Source: an uncultured Candidatus Rokubacteria bacterium (GTDB lineage Bacteria; Methylomirabilota; Methylomirabilia; Rokubacteriales; CSP1-6). Taken from it: a stretch of 64,000 bases of DNA. The notes under the pieces are model-generated. The model was not told the origin of the DNA and made no database searches. It saw only the letters and a list, made by a program, of their open reading frames with translations. Shown piece after piece: positions 30,297 to 40,560 of this stretch (positions are counted from its first letter, which is position 1; each line of letters starts with the position of its first letter). The stretch lies in assembly GCA_963789955.1 (NCBI GenBank), contig CAWBMV010000001.1, positions 32,001-96,000 of the forward strand, written 5' to 3'. The position numbers and the translations under genes are program-made.

Positions 30297-32395
30297 ATGC
30301 GCGACAGTCTTCGCCGCTGGGCTCTCGTCTGGAGCCTGGTCGGTTGCGCCGGTCTCGCGCTCGTTCCCTGGTACGCGGCCTCCGACGGCAGCGGGCCGGG
30401 GAAGCTCCAGCTGCTGGTGCCCGGGCTCGCGCTCCTCATGGCGCTCGCGCTGCGAAATTTTCCGGCGCACCTCGGCCGCGCCACCCTCGGCCTTCGACTG
30501 ATGGTGCTGGGAGGGGGCGGCTTCATCTATATGGTCGCGCAAGGGTTCGCGGTCGGCGGCCAGCCCGGGATGGGGCTCGGCGCCGCGATCGTCGCGACGA
30601 GCCTCGTGATGCTGTTCGCGCTCGGGCTCGCCGCTCGCGGCTTCTTCAAGGGCGACGTCTTCGTCGCGGGCGCCGTCGTGGTCGTCACCGTCCTCGTCGG
30701 GCTCTTCACGCTCTATCCGGTCGCGCGGATTCTGTTGAGCGCGATCCAGGGGAGCGACGGCGCCGTCTCGGGTCGCGCGCTGGCCGAGCGCCTCTTCGCG
30801 GCAAAGATCTGGCGGCTCGACTGCCTCACCGGCGGGAGCTGTGGCGTCGGGTGGAACACGCTCCTGCTGGCGATCTTGACCGGGACCACGACGACCACCT
30901 TGGGCCTCGCGTTCGCGCTGGTGGCGACGCGGACCGGATTCAAGGCCAAGCGACTCCTGCGCGTGCTGACGGTGTTGCCGATCATCACACCGCCCTTCGT
31001 GATCGGCCTCGGGCTCATTCTGATCTTCGGCCGGTCCGGCCTCGTCAACCAATTCCTGGAATCGGCGCTCGCGATTCCGCCCTCGCGCTGGATCTACGGC
31101 CTGCCGGGCGTGTGGCTCGCGCAGACGTTCGCGTTCACGCCCGTCGCGTTCCTGGTACTGATCGGCGTCGTGGAAGGCGTGAGCCCATCTCTGGAAGAAG
31201 CGTCGCAAACCTTGCGGGCTAATCGCTGGCAGACGTTCAGTCGTGTCTCGCTGCCGCTGATGCTCCCCGGCCTCGCCAACGCGTTTCTGGTGGGTTTCAT
31301 CGAGAGCATCGCCGACTTCGGCAACCCGATCGTGCTCGGCGGCAACTTCGGCGTGCTCTCGACCGAAACATTCTTCTCGATCGTCGGTGCCCAGCTCGAC
31401 CAGGGGCGCGCGGCGGCGCTCGGCGTGCTCCTTGCTCGCGCTGGCGCTCGGCGCATTCTTCGTGCAGCGCCGGGTCGTGGGCCGCAGGGTCTACACGGCC
31501 ATCTCGGGCAAGGGCGACAGCGGACGCCCGGCGCCGTTGCCGCCGCTCGTGCAGCGTCTGGCGTTCGGCGTGGCGCTGCCGTGGGCGCTGCTCACCGTGG
31601 CGATCTACGGCATGGCGCTCGCGGGGGGATTCGTGGAGACCTGGGGACGCAACTACACGCCGACCCTGCGCCACTACGCGAAAGCGTTCTCCGTCGAGTG
31701 GGGCGCCACCGGCATCATCTGGTCGGGCTCGGCCTGGCGCTCCTTCTGGACGACGCTCGAGCTTGCCTCGATCGCCGCTCCGCTCACGGCGGCGCTCGGC
31801 ATCCTGACCGCCTACCTCCTGGTGCGCCAGCGCTTCGCGGGGCGCGCCGCGTTCGAGTTCGCCACGATGCTGAGCTTCGCGATTCCCGGCACCGTGATCG
31901 GCGTCAGCTACATCCTGGCCTTCAACGTGCCGCCGGTCGAGTTGACCGGCACCGGTGTCATCCTGATCGTCTGCTTCGTGTTCAGGAACATGCCGGTCGG
32001 TCTGCGCGCGGGCATGGCCGCGATGAGTCAGATCGACGGGAGCCTGGACGAAGCCTCGCGCACGCTCGGCGGCCGAAGCTTTGTGACCTTGCGCCGGGTG
32101 ATCCTTCCGCTGCTGCGGCCCGCGGTCGTGGCCGCGCTCGTCTACAGCTTCGTCCGCGCGATGACGACGGTCAGCGCCGTGATCTTCCTGGTCTCGGCCG
32201 ACTACGATATGGCGACGACGTTCATCATCCACCGCGTGCTGAACGGCGACTATGGCGTCGCGATCGCCTACAGCTCCGTGCTCATCGTGTTGATGCTGGG
32301 CGCGATCGGGCTCATCCAGCTGCTGGTCGGCGAGCGGCGCCTGCGGCGTCAGGCGCCGCGCGCTCGCGCCGCTCCCGGCCGGACCCTCCGCATGA
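30297..32395 (+). CDS. ABC transporter permease (AfuB/FbpB-like); frameshift near 31430
   Basis: LPIITPPFVIGL, LEEASQTLRA, ESIADFGNP, FAIPGTVIGVSYI, LDEASRTLG. Confidence 0.85.
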
Positions 32396-33458
32396 GCGAC
32401 CGGCGCGCCGCGCGCATCGAGCTCGCCCACGTCACGAAGCGGTACGGACCGGTGACGGCCGTGCGCGACGTGAGCTTCATCGTCGCTGCCGGCAGCCTCG
32501 TCACCTTGCTCGGCCCGTCCGGCTGCGGCAAGACGACGACGCTTCGCCTGATCGCCGGGCTCGAAACGGTCACGTCCGGGCGCATCCTCATCGGCGATGA
32601 CGACGTGACCGCGCTCGGCGCGACCGACCGGAGCGTGAGCATGGTGTTTCAGAGCTACGCGCTGTTCCCGCACATGTCCGTGCTCGACAACGTCGCCTAC
32701 GGGCCGCGCGTCGGCGGACGATCGCGGCGCGACGCGGCCGAGTCGGCGCGCGAGGCGCTGGCCGGCGTCGGGCTCGCCGAGCTCGGCGAGCGACTGCCCA
32801 GCGAGCTGTCGGGCGGCCAGCAGCAGCGCGTCGCCATCGCCCGCGCGCTCGTGCTCGAGCCGCGGGTGCTGTTGTTCGACGAGCCGCTCTCGAACCTCGA
32901 CGCGCGGCTCCGGCGTCAGATGCGCGAGGAGATCCGCGCGCTCCAGCAGCGGCTCGGCATCACGGTGGTGTACGTCACGCACGACCAGGAAGAGGCGCTC
33001 GGCGTCTCGGACCGCATCATCGTGATGAATCACGCCGTCGTCGCCCAGGAGGGACCGCCGCGCGACCTCTACGAGACACCGGACGACGTCTTCGTGGCCG
33101 GCTTCATGGGCGAAGCCAATCGAGTCAAGGGTGTGCTCCGGCGCCTCGACGATCGAACCGGCCGAGTGACGATCGGGGGCTCACCCGGACGCTGCTCCAT
33201 CGAGGGCTTCCCGACGGTGCGGTCGACGTCGCCATCAGACCGGAGGCGATCCTGATCGCCCGCGCCAGCACGGAGATCGGAGCCTTACGCGGCACCGTGA
33301 GCCGGGCTGCCTACCTGGGCTCGCGGATGGAATACTCGATCGCGTCGGAGATCGGCGAGCTGTTCGTCACGAGCCCAGCGGTCGACGCGCCGCTCGCACC
33401 CGGCTCGCCCGTCGCCTTGACACTTGCGACCCATGGCATCACCCTGATTCGGCCATGA
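32392..33458 (+). CDS. ABC transporter ATP-binding protein (AfuC/FbpC-like); frameshift near 33180
   Basis: GPSGCGKTT, LSGGQQQR, LLFDEPLSNLD, YVTHDQEEA. Corrected end forms an ATGA overlap with the next gene. Confidence 0.88.
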
Positions 33459-33943
33459 TCGAAGAACGCGTCGTCCAGATCCTCGATGGGCTCGGCGTGC
33501 CGTACGAGCTGATGCAGATCGACCCGGCCTTCGCCGACACCGCGGCGTGCTGCGAGAAATACGCGCTGCCGCTGGAAAGTGCCGGCAACACCATCGTCGT
33601 CGCCTCGAAGAAGGAGCCGAGAAAATTCGGCGCGTGCGTCGTGAAGGCGACCCGGCGGCTCGACGTGAACCACGCCGTGCGCGCGCTGCTCGGTGTCTCC
33701 AAGGTGTCGTTCGCCTCGGCGGAGGAGACCAAGGCGCTGACCGGCATGATGATCGGCGGCGTCACCGTGTTCGCGCTGCCGCCCGACCTGCCGATCTATG
33801 TCGACGACAAGCTCATGGACCGCGAGTGGGTGATCCTCGGCAGCGGCAGCCGGTCGTCCAAGATCAAGATCTCGCCCGAAGTCTTCCGCCGCATCCCGAA
33901 CACCACGATCGTCCCCGGCCTGGCCCAAGACATCGCGCGCTAG
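33455..33943 (+). CDS. YbaK/aminoacyl-tRNA deacylase-like protein
   Basis: SFASAEETKALTGMMIGGVT, ILGSGSRSSK. Confidence 0.82.
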   Translation: MIEERVVQILDGLGVPYELMQIDPAFADTAACCEKYALPLESAGNTIVVASKKEPRKFGACVVKATRRLDVNHAVRALLGVSKVSFASAEETKALTGMMIGGVTVFALPPDLPIYVDDKLMDREWVILGSGSRSSKIKISPEVFRRIPNTTIVPGLAQDIAR

Positions 33944-34046
33944 CAGCGTCGACCGTTCGCGCTTCAACGCGCTGACGCGGCTGCGTCGGGGGCCACCCCG
34001 CGGCGGGTACACCCGCGCCACCCGCGACTCCGCTCGCGAGAGGCGG

Positions 34047-35327
34047 CTAGTTGACGATGGCCTGGAGCACCAGCGTCTTGAGGAGCTGGCGGTAGTGCAC
34101 GCGGATCGGGCCCGGGGCCTGGGCCATGAAGATGACCGTGAGCTCTTCTTTCGGATCGACCCAGAAGCCGGTGCCGTAGGCGCCGCCCCAGTTGTAGTCG
34201 CCGGCCGAGCCCGTGAGAGCCGCGACCCCCGTGTCCTTGCGCACGGCGAAGCCGAGCCCGAAACCGTAGCCCGGCCCCGGCGAATACGCCGGGCCCGGCG
34301 CGATCTGCGTGCCGAGATGGTCCGACGTCATGTACTCGACCGTCTTGCGGCCGAGAATGTCGCGTGCCCTCGAGCGTGCCGCGGTTCAGGAGCATCTGGG
34401 TGAAGCGCACGTAGTCGCCGGCGGTCGACACGCCGCAGCCGCCGCCACATTCGAACTTCGGCGGCTTCGTGGGATCGAACAGCTTGATCTCCTTGTTCGT
34501 GTCGGGATCGATCGCCAGCGCCTGCGCGAGGCGCGCCTGCCGGTCGGCGGTGACGACGAAACCCGTGTCGGTCATCTTGAGCGGACGGAAGATGCGCTCG
34601 GCGAGAACCTCGCCGAGCGGCTTGCCCGACACGACTTCGACGACGCGCCCGAGAACATCGGTCGAGAAGCCGTACTCCCACGTCGTACCCGGCTGATTCA
34701 GGAGCGGCAGCTTGGCGAGCCGCGCGATGAACTCCTGCGCCGTGAGCTCGCGTGTGAGCCCGGTCATAGCGCCCTCGTAGAGCTTGTGGACCTGCGTCGT
34801 GCCGCGGTTGCCGTAGGTGAAGCCGGACGTGTGGCGCAGCAGATCCTGGATCGTCATCTCGGACGCCGCCGGCATCGTGTAGAACACGGTCTTGCCGGTG
34901 GCCGGATCGAGCTTCTCCACGCCGACCTGGCGATTGGCGAGCTCCGGGATGTACTTCGAGACGGGATCCGTGAGCAAGAGCCGGCCTTCTTCGTAGAGCA
35001 TCATCGTCGCGACGGACACGAGCGGCTTGGTCATCGACGCGATGCGGAAGATCGCGTCGGGCGGCATCGGCGCGTTCGAGCTCTTGTCGCGGAAGCCGAC
35101 GGTGTCGAAGTACGCGATACGCCCCTTGCGCGCCACCACCACGACGGCGCCGGGGATGCGGCCACGCTCGACGTCGGCGCGCAGGATCTGCCCGATGCGG
35201 TCGAGTCTCTCGGACGAGAGTCCGACGTCGTCCGCTTTCGCGCGCGGAGCGGGAGCGGATCGGCCGCGGCGCCGACGACGAGGAGCAGCGAAAAACCCAC
35301 CACGAGCGAGAGCGCCAGCGCTTTCAT
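34047..35327 (-). CDS. serine hydrolase (beta-lactamase class C-like), secreted; frameshifted
   Basis: Signal peptide, FRIASMTK (SxxK), LLRHTSG, PGTTWEYG, WGGAYGTGFWVDP. Confidence 0.85.
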
Positions 35328-35403
35328 GATGCGTCTCCTGTGCTAGAGTTCCGCTGCCCGCCCGGACGGCGAGACCGGTGGCGAGACGATAGAGGAGAGT
35401 GTG

Positions 35404-36118
35404 ATGGAACGCAAGAATAGCGTGGTCACGCGCGAGCGGTTCGCGTCGGGGATGACGTTCGATCAGTACGTCGCCTACGTCGGCACACCGGAGAATCTCA
35501 AGCGCGAGGGCTCCGGACGTCCGCGGAGCGACATGACCGCCAATCTGCGCGCGGGCTATGCGGCGTGCGCGGCTGGACGACGCGCAGACCGCGGCGATCA
35601 AGTGGCTGGCGGCGCGGCCGAACGGTCCCGCCAAGGTTCTCGTCATCTCGGAGGAGTGGTCGTCGGATTGCCGGCGCGACGTGCCGATGCTCGCCCGCCT
35701 GGCCGAGGCCGGAGGGTTGGAGCTCAGGATCTTCCGGCGCGACGGCCAGCGATTCAGCTCGAGTCACCGGCCGACCCTGGCCGAGGCCCCCGACAGCAAC
35801 GCCGACATCATGGCCGAGTTCCTCAACTCGAAGAACGGCCAGACGTGGCAGTCGATCCCGGTCGCCGTGTTCTACACGAAAGACCTCGAGTACATCTACC
35901 ACTACACCGAGTTCCCGGCGATCTACCAGAAGGACCAGGTGGTCGCGGGAATCCGCGGCGCGCGGCCGGGCGAGAGCAAGGAAGAGACCCAGAAGCGCGG
36001 CGACCGCGAGTTCGTCGAGCTCCAGCAGTCGCCGTTCTTCCGGATCTGGGCCTGCGCCGGAGTCGACGAGATCCTGAGCGCGCTGCACCGCAAGGTCGTG
36101 CTCGGCCCGTCGGCCTGA
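35404..36118 (+). CDS. thioredoxin-like protein with SxxC motif; frameshift near 35565
   Basis: RFASGMTFDQY, VLVISEEWSSDCRRDVP, QSIPVAVF (cis-Pro-like). Confidence 0.7.
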
Positions 36119-36121
36119 CGG

Positions 36122-37351
36122 TCACTCCGTCAAGATCCAGGCGTTGTGGCGGAAGGGATCGTAGCGCTCCCGCTTCGCGCAGAAGCCCTTCGTGTCGATC
36201 ACGCGTCTCAGCTCGCTTTCGCTCGAGCGCCGAGCGGACAGAACGAGATCGAGATCCGTGAACGCGGCGCGTCCGTCGTCGCGCTGTCGGCACAGATTCC
36301 GGGCCCGGTTGAAGTAGACGATCGGGTCGCATGCGATACGCGTGTCGAGCGGCAATTTCAGATCACGGCGCGTCGTGGTGCCGTCGACGTTGTGCAGATC
36401 GGCCCACCCCACGCAGGTCGCCCGCGCGTCGAACATGTGGAGCGCGTAGAGCCGCCCCTGTCCGGTCAGCGTCCGATCGCCCGGGAAGGCGTAGGGAATC
36501 AGCTGCAGCACCGAGAAGAATGCGGCGAGCGCATACACCGACCGGAATTCCCGACCTCTGAAGAACGCCGCCAGGAGTCCTTCCGGCGGATCCCGCGGCG
36601 CGACGAGCCGGCTCAGCGGGAAGATCGCCAGGATCGCGAACATGAGCAGCGGGTAGAAGAACCCCACGACCTGCCACGACAGCGCGTGGAAGACGAGGAA
36701 CTGCGCGAACGCGGCCCAGAAGATCCACGCGCGCTTCGCCAGGAGCCCCCACGCCACGCCGAGCTCGAGCACGATCACGTAGACGCACGCGACGATCACG
36801 CCCGCGCCCGAGAACGGCCACATCGGACGATAGAGCCCCGCGCCCGAGATCCATTCCCAGTTGAGCTTGAGCATGCCGGCCCAGAAATAGAAGAGCGTGA
36901 TCAGCACGCGCAGCGCGTCGCGCTTGCCGGGCACGAGCAGGTACGCGAACGTCGCGAAGAATCCCATGTAGTGCTGGTTCATGCGCAATCGATAGTCGAG
37001 CAGCATGACGGCGAGCTTGAGGCCGTTCACCAGCACGAGCCCCGCGTAGGCCCACGGTACGAGCCGCCGGAACGCGAAGAGCAGGCCGGTGCCGATCGCC
37101 GCCGCGAAGTACGCGCGCAGGAGCAGTGCGACGCCGCCGGCGGACAGCACCCGGACGTTCTCGCACGCTGGCAGCAGCGGCCAGCAGATCGGCTCGGCCT
37201 GCGCGTTGACGAACGTGACGATCCGCTGGTCGACCCAGTACAGATAGGTGACGACGTGCAGGAACGCCATCGCCACGCCGTACCAGCGCAACGCGTCGTC
37301 GCGCTCGATCTCGGCGATCTGTGCGCGGAGGAATCCGACGGGCGTCGGCAT
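36122..37351 (-). CDS. multi-TM membrane protein (HTTM-like, tentative)
   Basis: Several TM helices, MNQHYM, FYFWAGMLKLN, then a soluble C-terminal domain with Cys residues. Confidence 0.6.
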   Translation of the reverse strand: MPTPVGFLRAQIAEIERDDALRWYGVAMAFLHVVTYLYWVDQRIVTFVNAQAEPICWPLLPACENVRVLSAGGVALLLRAYFAAAIGTGLLFAFRRLVPWAYAGLVLVNGLKLAVMLLDYRLRMNQHYMGFFATFAYLLVPGKRDALRVLITLFYFWAGMLKLNWEWISGAGLYRPMWPFSGAGVIVACVYVIVLELGVAWGLLAKRAWIFWAAFAQFLVFHALSWQVVGFFYPLLMFAILAIFPLSRLVAPRDPPEGLLAAFFRGREFRSVYALAAFFSVLQLIPYAFPGDRTLTGQGRLYALHMFDARATCVGWADLHNVDGTTTRRDLKLPLDTRIACDPIVYFNRARNLCRQRDDGRAAFTDLDLVLSARRSSESELRRVIDTKGFCAKRERYDPFRHNAWILTE

Positions 37352-37440
37352 GGCCGGGAGCCTAGCGTATGCCGGACACGAGAACAAATGGGTGCGATAC
37401 GTAGAGGTTCCGTGAGCTAATTTCAGCCCCGGGAGGATCT

Positions 37441-38592
37441 GTGAAGAGAACGCTTCGGCTCGTGCTGGTTTTGAGCGCGCTCGGCTTCGCGGGCGGTTGC
37501 GTCAGCCTCACGCCGGCGCAGAAGGACACGGTGGCCGACGTCCAGCGATTCGCCGACGCGACGGCGGCGGCCTACGGACTGATGCGCATTCCCGTCACCG
37601 TCCAGGCGCCAACCAATCTCGGCATCGGTGGAGTCTACCGGCAGGGGAACTTCTACCTGAACGCCAACATGCTCGACTCAGGGCACCTGACCGCTGTCGT
37701 GGCTCACGAGCTCGGGCACTACGTGCTGGGACACGAACCGACCTCGGGTGTGTCGATGGCAGAGCTCCTGAAGGCGCAAGAGGTGCGCGAGCTCGACGCG
37801 AACGCCAAGGCGGTCGAGATCATGGTCCGCGTCAAAGCTATGCCTCAACCCCAGGCGGTCCGGACGATGGTGGTTTTTCTCCGCTCGGCCCAGAACACGC
37901 AGAATCGCGGGCAGCCCAATGCCCCCGGCCATCGCCCGCCCTCCGAGGAGATCGCAGACCTGCTCGCTCGATTCCCCGAAGCTCCGAGGCCGACTGAACC
38001 ACCAGGCGCGGCATCGAGCTCGTCATCCGCGGCAGCTCCGATCATCGTGCCGACGTGGAAGGTGGGAGACCAGTGGACGTTCTGGTGGGATAGTCCGCGC
38101 GGCTCCGGCACGTTCGTGTGGTCGGTGGACCGCGAGGAGGTGGTCGACGGGACAGAGTACTACGTGATCACCTCGGGGCCGACGCGACAGGACCCGGCGC
38201 GAGAGTTCTTCTATCAGAAGGCCGATCTGGCGTGGCGCCTGCTGAAGGTGAACGGCACGCTCGAAAGCACGGCGGAACCACCCCAGCTGCGCTACGTGTG
38301 GCCACTGACGATCGGTGGCACCTGGGAGCAAACCGTGACCGTGACGACCGAGCGACAGGGAAAGATCTCGACGGACATCATTGCGAGAGCGTGCCGGGTC
38401 ACGGGCGAGGAGACTGTCACGGTCGCCGGCGGGATCTACCGGACGACCAAGACGGTATGTCGCGACAAGACGACGAACGAGGTCGTCTACGAGATGTGGT
38501 ACTCCCCGGAGGTCAAGCACTGGGTCAAAGAGTGGACCAAGTATCCGTGGGGCGCGATGGAGCGCGAGGTCATGCGCGTAAAGTTGAAGTAA
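37441..38592 (+). CDS. lipoprotein with M48-like Zn-metallopeptidase domain and C-terminal beta-rich domain
   Basis: Lipobox-like AGGC, AHELGH, ELDAN, GHRP. GGAGG SD. Confidence 0.75.
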   Translation: MKRTLRLVLVLSALGFAGGCVSLTPAQKDTVADVQRFADATAAAYGLMRIPVTVQAPTNLGIGGVYRQGNFYLNANMLDSGHLTAVVAHELGHYVLGHEPTSGVSMAELLKAQEVRELDANAKAVEIMVRVKAMPQPQAVRTMVVFLRSAQNTQNRGQPNAPGHRPPSEEIADLLARFPEAPRPTEPPGAASSSSSAAAPIIVPTWKVGDQWTFWWDSPRGSGTFVWSVDREEVVDGTEYYVITSGPTRQDPAREFFYQKADLAWRLLKVNGTLESTAEPPQLRYVWPLTIGGTWEQTVTVTTERQGKISTDIIARACRVTGEETVTVAGGIYRTTKTVCRDKTTNEVVYEMWYSPEVKHWVKEWTKYPWGAMEREVMRVKLK

Positions 38593-38620
38593 CCGATACC
38601 AAGGAAGCGGGGAGGGCGTC

Positions 38621-39049
38621 GTGCTGACACGACGAGCATTCACGGGTGTTGTCTCGTGCGCGATCTGCGCAATTGCCTCCGAGTTCATGGCCAGCGAAGC
38701 GGCGGCCCAAGCTACGCCACCCGCCGCGACGAGCGGCGTCACACGAAAGATCTTGTCGCAGACAGATGGTCCGGCGCCGGGCTATGAGACGCTACTTGTG
38801 GAAGCAACAATCGAAGCGGGCGTGGCGGTCGCGCGACATACGCATCCGGGAATCGAATCGGCGTTCGTCCTCGAAGGCGGCTTCGAGCTTCCGGTAGCAG
38901 GTCAGCCGACCCGTACGCTCAAACCAAGTGACGGCTTCCAGATACCCCCCGAGACGCCACACGCGGGCGGGAAGCCGGGCAACGCCAAGACCAGAGTTCT
39001 CATCACTTATGTTGTGCAGAAGGGAAAGCCCCTGGCGTCTCCAGCCTAA
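38621..39049 (+). CDS. cupin domain protein with Tat-like leader
   Basis: TRRAF, RHTHPGIE, IPPETPHAG, KGKPLASPA. Confidence 0.82.
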   Translation: MLTRRAFTGVVSCAICAIASEFMASEAAAQATPPAATSGVTRKILSQTDGPAPGYETLLVEATIEAGVAVARHTHPGIESAFVLEGGFELPVAGQPTRTLKPSDGFQIPPETPHAGGKPGNAKTRVLITYVVQKGKPLASPA

Positions 39050-39098
39050 GGCTCTGCGGCCACGGTGGATCGCGGTAAACTTTCGAAATCGCAAGTGC

Positions 39099-39183
39099 GC
39101 GCGAGTGGCGAAACTGGCAGACGCGCTGGACTTAGGATCCAGTGGGGAAACCCATGGGAGTTCAAGTCTCCCCTCGCGCACCA
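39099..39183 (+). tRNA. tRNA-Leu (anticodon TAG)
   Basis: Acceptor GCGCGAG/CTCGCGC, anticodon arm CTGGA-CTTAGGA-TCCAG, long variable arm, GTTCAAG T-loop, encoded CCA. Confidence 0.96.
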
Positions 39184-39242
39184 AAATCAAATCAGGAAGT
39201 TACGCGACCGGCGCCCCTCATCGAGTTTCATTCCGGGCCCCG

Positions 39243-39263
39243 ACTTACGGCGAACTTACGCCG
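39243..39263 (+). repeat. arm-type direct repeats ACTTACGGCG/ACTTACGCCG (11-bp period)
   Basis: The same ACTTAC-like 11-bp-period motif occurs at 40024-40054. Confidence 0.55.
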
Positions 39264-39268
39264 AGCCC

Positions 39269-39302
39269 AAAAAAGCGCCCCGGGGCCGATCCCCAGGGCG
39301 CT
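39269..39302 (-). terminator. intrinsic terminator on the minus strand, facing the tRNA
   Basis: Stem GCGCCC.GGGG/CCCC.GGGCGC followed by T6 on the minus strand (A6 at 39269-39274). Confidence 0.6.
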
Positions 39303-39350
39303 CCGAAAAGGGACCCCCCACGCGGGGGAGGACTACTGTGGGAGGTTGCC

Positions 39351-39650
39351 ATGAAGGGTCAGGGAAAGGTGAAGGGCATTCTCGTCGAGGGCAACGACGG
39401 ACACGAGTACCTGCTCGGGTTCGCGCCGGACAACTCGCCGATCTTCAGCCGCCGCCAAGCCGACGGCACGTTTGAGCCGATGGAGGATGTATTGCGAGCG
39501 TCCAAAGTAGCCATCACGCAAATTGGCCATACGGGTGGTCTGATGGGACCGGGCATGGGGAATTACACGTGGCTCTGGGGCGCCTATCGGAAGGCCCTCG
39601 AAGCGTTCCCCCCGATCCCGACTTGGCCGACTTGGTCGGGATCAAACTGA
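39351..39650 (+). CDS. hypothetical protein (mini-element cargo)
   Basis: GGAGG SD plus ATG; 99 aa; no recognisable family. Confidence 0.65.
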   Translation: MKGQGKVKGILVEGNDGHEYLLGFAPDNSPIFSRRQADGTFEPMEDVLRASKVAITQIGHTGGLMGPGMGNYTWLWGAYRKALEAFPPIPTWPTWSGSN

Positions 39651-39682
39651 GACACCACGCACGGGGGCCTCGACTCCTGCCT

Positions 39683-39952
39683 CTACGGCTGCCTCAGGCG
39701 CAGCACGACGCGCGGCGTTCCATCGGGTCCGAACTCGACCACAACCTCGATCAGGTAGGGGAGCCCGGGCAAGGCGCCCAGGATCTTCTTCAGCAGTCGC
39801 TCCAGGCGCCAACGTTGTTCTTCGGCAGTGAGAACGACAGCCGGGGATGAACCCTCAAGACTGAGTTTGCCTGTGCCGGGCTCGATTACGTAGTTGACGC
39901 CGATCAGGTCCGACGCGTTGATCTCGATGACCTTCGGCGGATCGTCTGCCAT
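39683..39952 (-). CDS. hypothetical protein (mini-element cargo)
   Basis: 89 aa, GGAGGGG SD-like sequence upstream, convergent with the 39351 ORF. Confidence 0.55.
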   Translation of the reverse strand: MADDPPKVIEINASDLIGVNYVIEPGTGKLSLEGSSPAVVLTAEEQRWRLERLLKKILGALPGLPYLIEVVVEFGPDGTPRVVLRLRQP

Positions 39953-40023
39953 TCAACCCCTCCTGGATCGCCACACTGACCTCAACTGCGAGACTAGAAA
40001 GTTTGGGAAGTTCGAGTTCCTTC

Positions 40024-40054
40024 ACTTACCCCGTACTTGACCCGAACTATCCCG
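40024..40054 (+). repeat. arm-type direct repeats ACTTACCCCG/ACTTGACCCG/ACTATCCCG (11-bp period)
   Basis: Matches the left-end repeats in the same orientation. Confidence 0.55.
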
Positions 40055-40162
40055 CACCATCGAGCAGCATGGGGTTTCAGGCCCTTCCTGGGAGCGTTCT
40101 AAGCACCTGATATACATTGATGCGGCTCGATGGGCAGGAATACTGCGAGAGAGGTGATCGAG

Positions 40163-40214
40163 CTTAGGATCCAGTGGGCAACCCATGGGAGTTCAAGTCT
40201 CCCCTCGCGCACCA
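40163..40214 (+). repeat. att direct repeat: tRNA-Leu 3' half from anticodon loop to CCA
   Basis: Identical to 39131-39183 except variable-arm loop CAA versus GAAA. Confidence 0.92.
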
Positions 40215-40233
40215 ACCAAGCACTGACGAGGAC

Positions 40234-40428
40234 TTAGTTGGTATCAGCAGAGCACGCGTTGATCTGGTTCTCGGGGCCGTGTGCAGGTTTTTGTGTGGTT
40301 TTGTGCAGGTAGCTCCCACGGAGACCAGCACCGACACGCGCTAGGGCAGCCTGCTGATCCTCCTTCCTCACGATGTGATACCGCTCGTAGACCGAATCGG
40401 TAACGTGACCGCTGGGGACCCCGTGTCG
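40234..40428 (-). pseudogene. tyrosine integrase C-terminal remnant
   Basis: Manual translation gives RHGVPSGHVTDSVYERYHIVRKEDQQAALARV...*, a box II-like GH..T.SV..RY motif. An in-frame stop lies just upstream. Confidence 0.65.
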
Positions 40429-40560
40429 TCACCACGAGCCTGACCTGCCATCTGCGTTCGATGATCTCGCGCACGTAGCTATGCGCATCGGCCGTTCTCG
40501 GGGGAAATCGATGTACTCACTGGCTCTATCGATCGCGCTATTGCTGCGCGCTCCCTAGCG

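Larger units (their letters stand above)
39131..40214. mobile_element. ~1 kb integrase-less element integrated in tRNA-Leu (attL/attR bounded)
   Basis: The tRNA 3' half (39131-39183) recurs at 40163-40214. Arm-like repeats and IHF-like sites lie inside both ends. Confidence 0.75.

Noticed and set aside
31387..33255. Apparent permease-ATPase fusion
   Set aside because: A typical ATGA stop/start overlap at 32392-32395 indicates two genes; an indel in the GC-rich linker probably merges the frames.
34047..35327. Antibiotic-resistance beta-lactamase (and the APH at 1232-2251 as a resistance gene)
   Set aside because: Generic serine hydrolase and kinase-like families with no specific resistance signature or mobile context.
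40163..40214. Second tRNA gene
   Set aside because: Lacks the acceptor 5' strand and D-arm; it is an att repeat.
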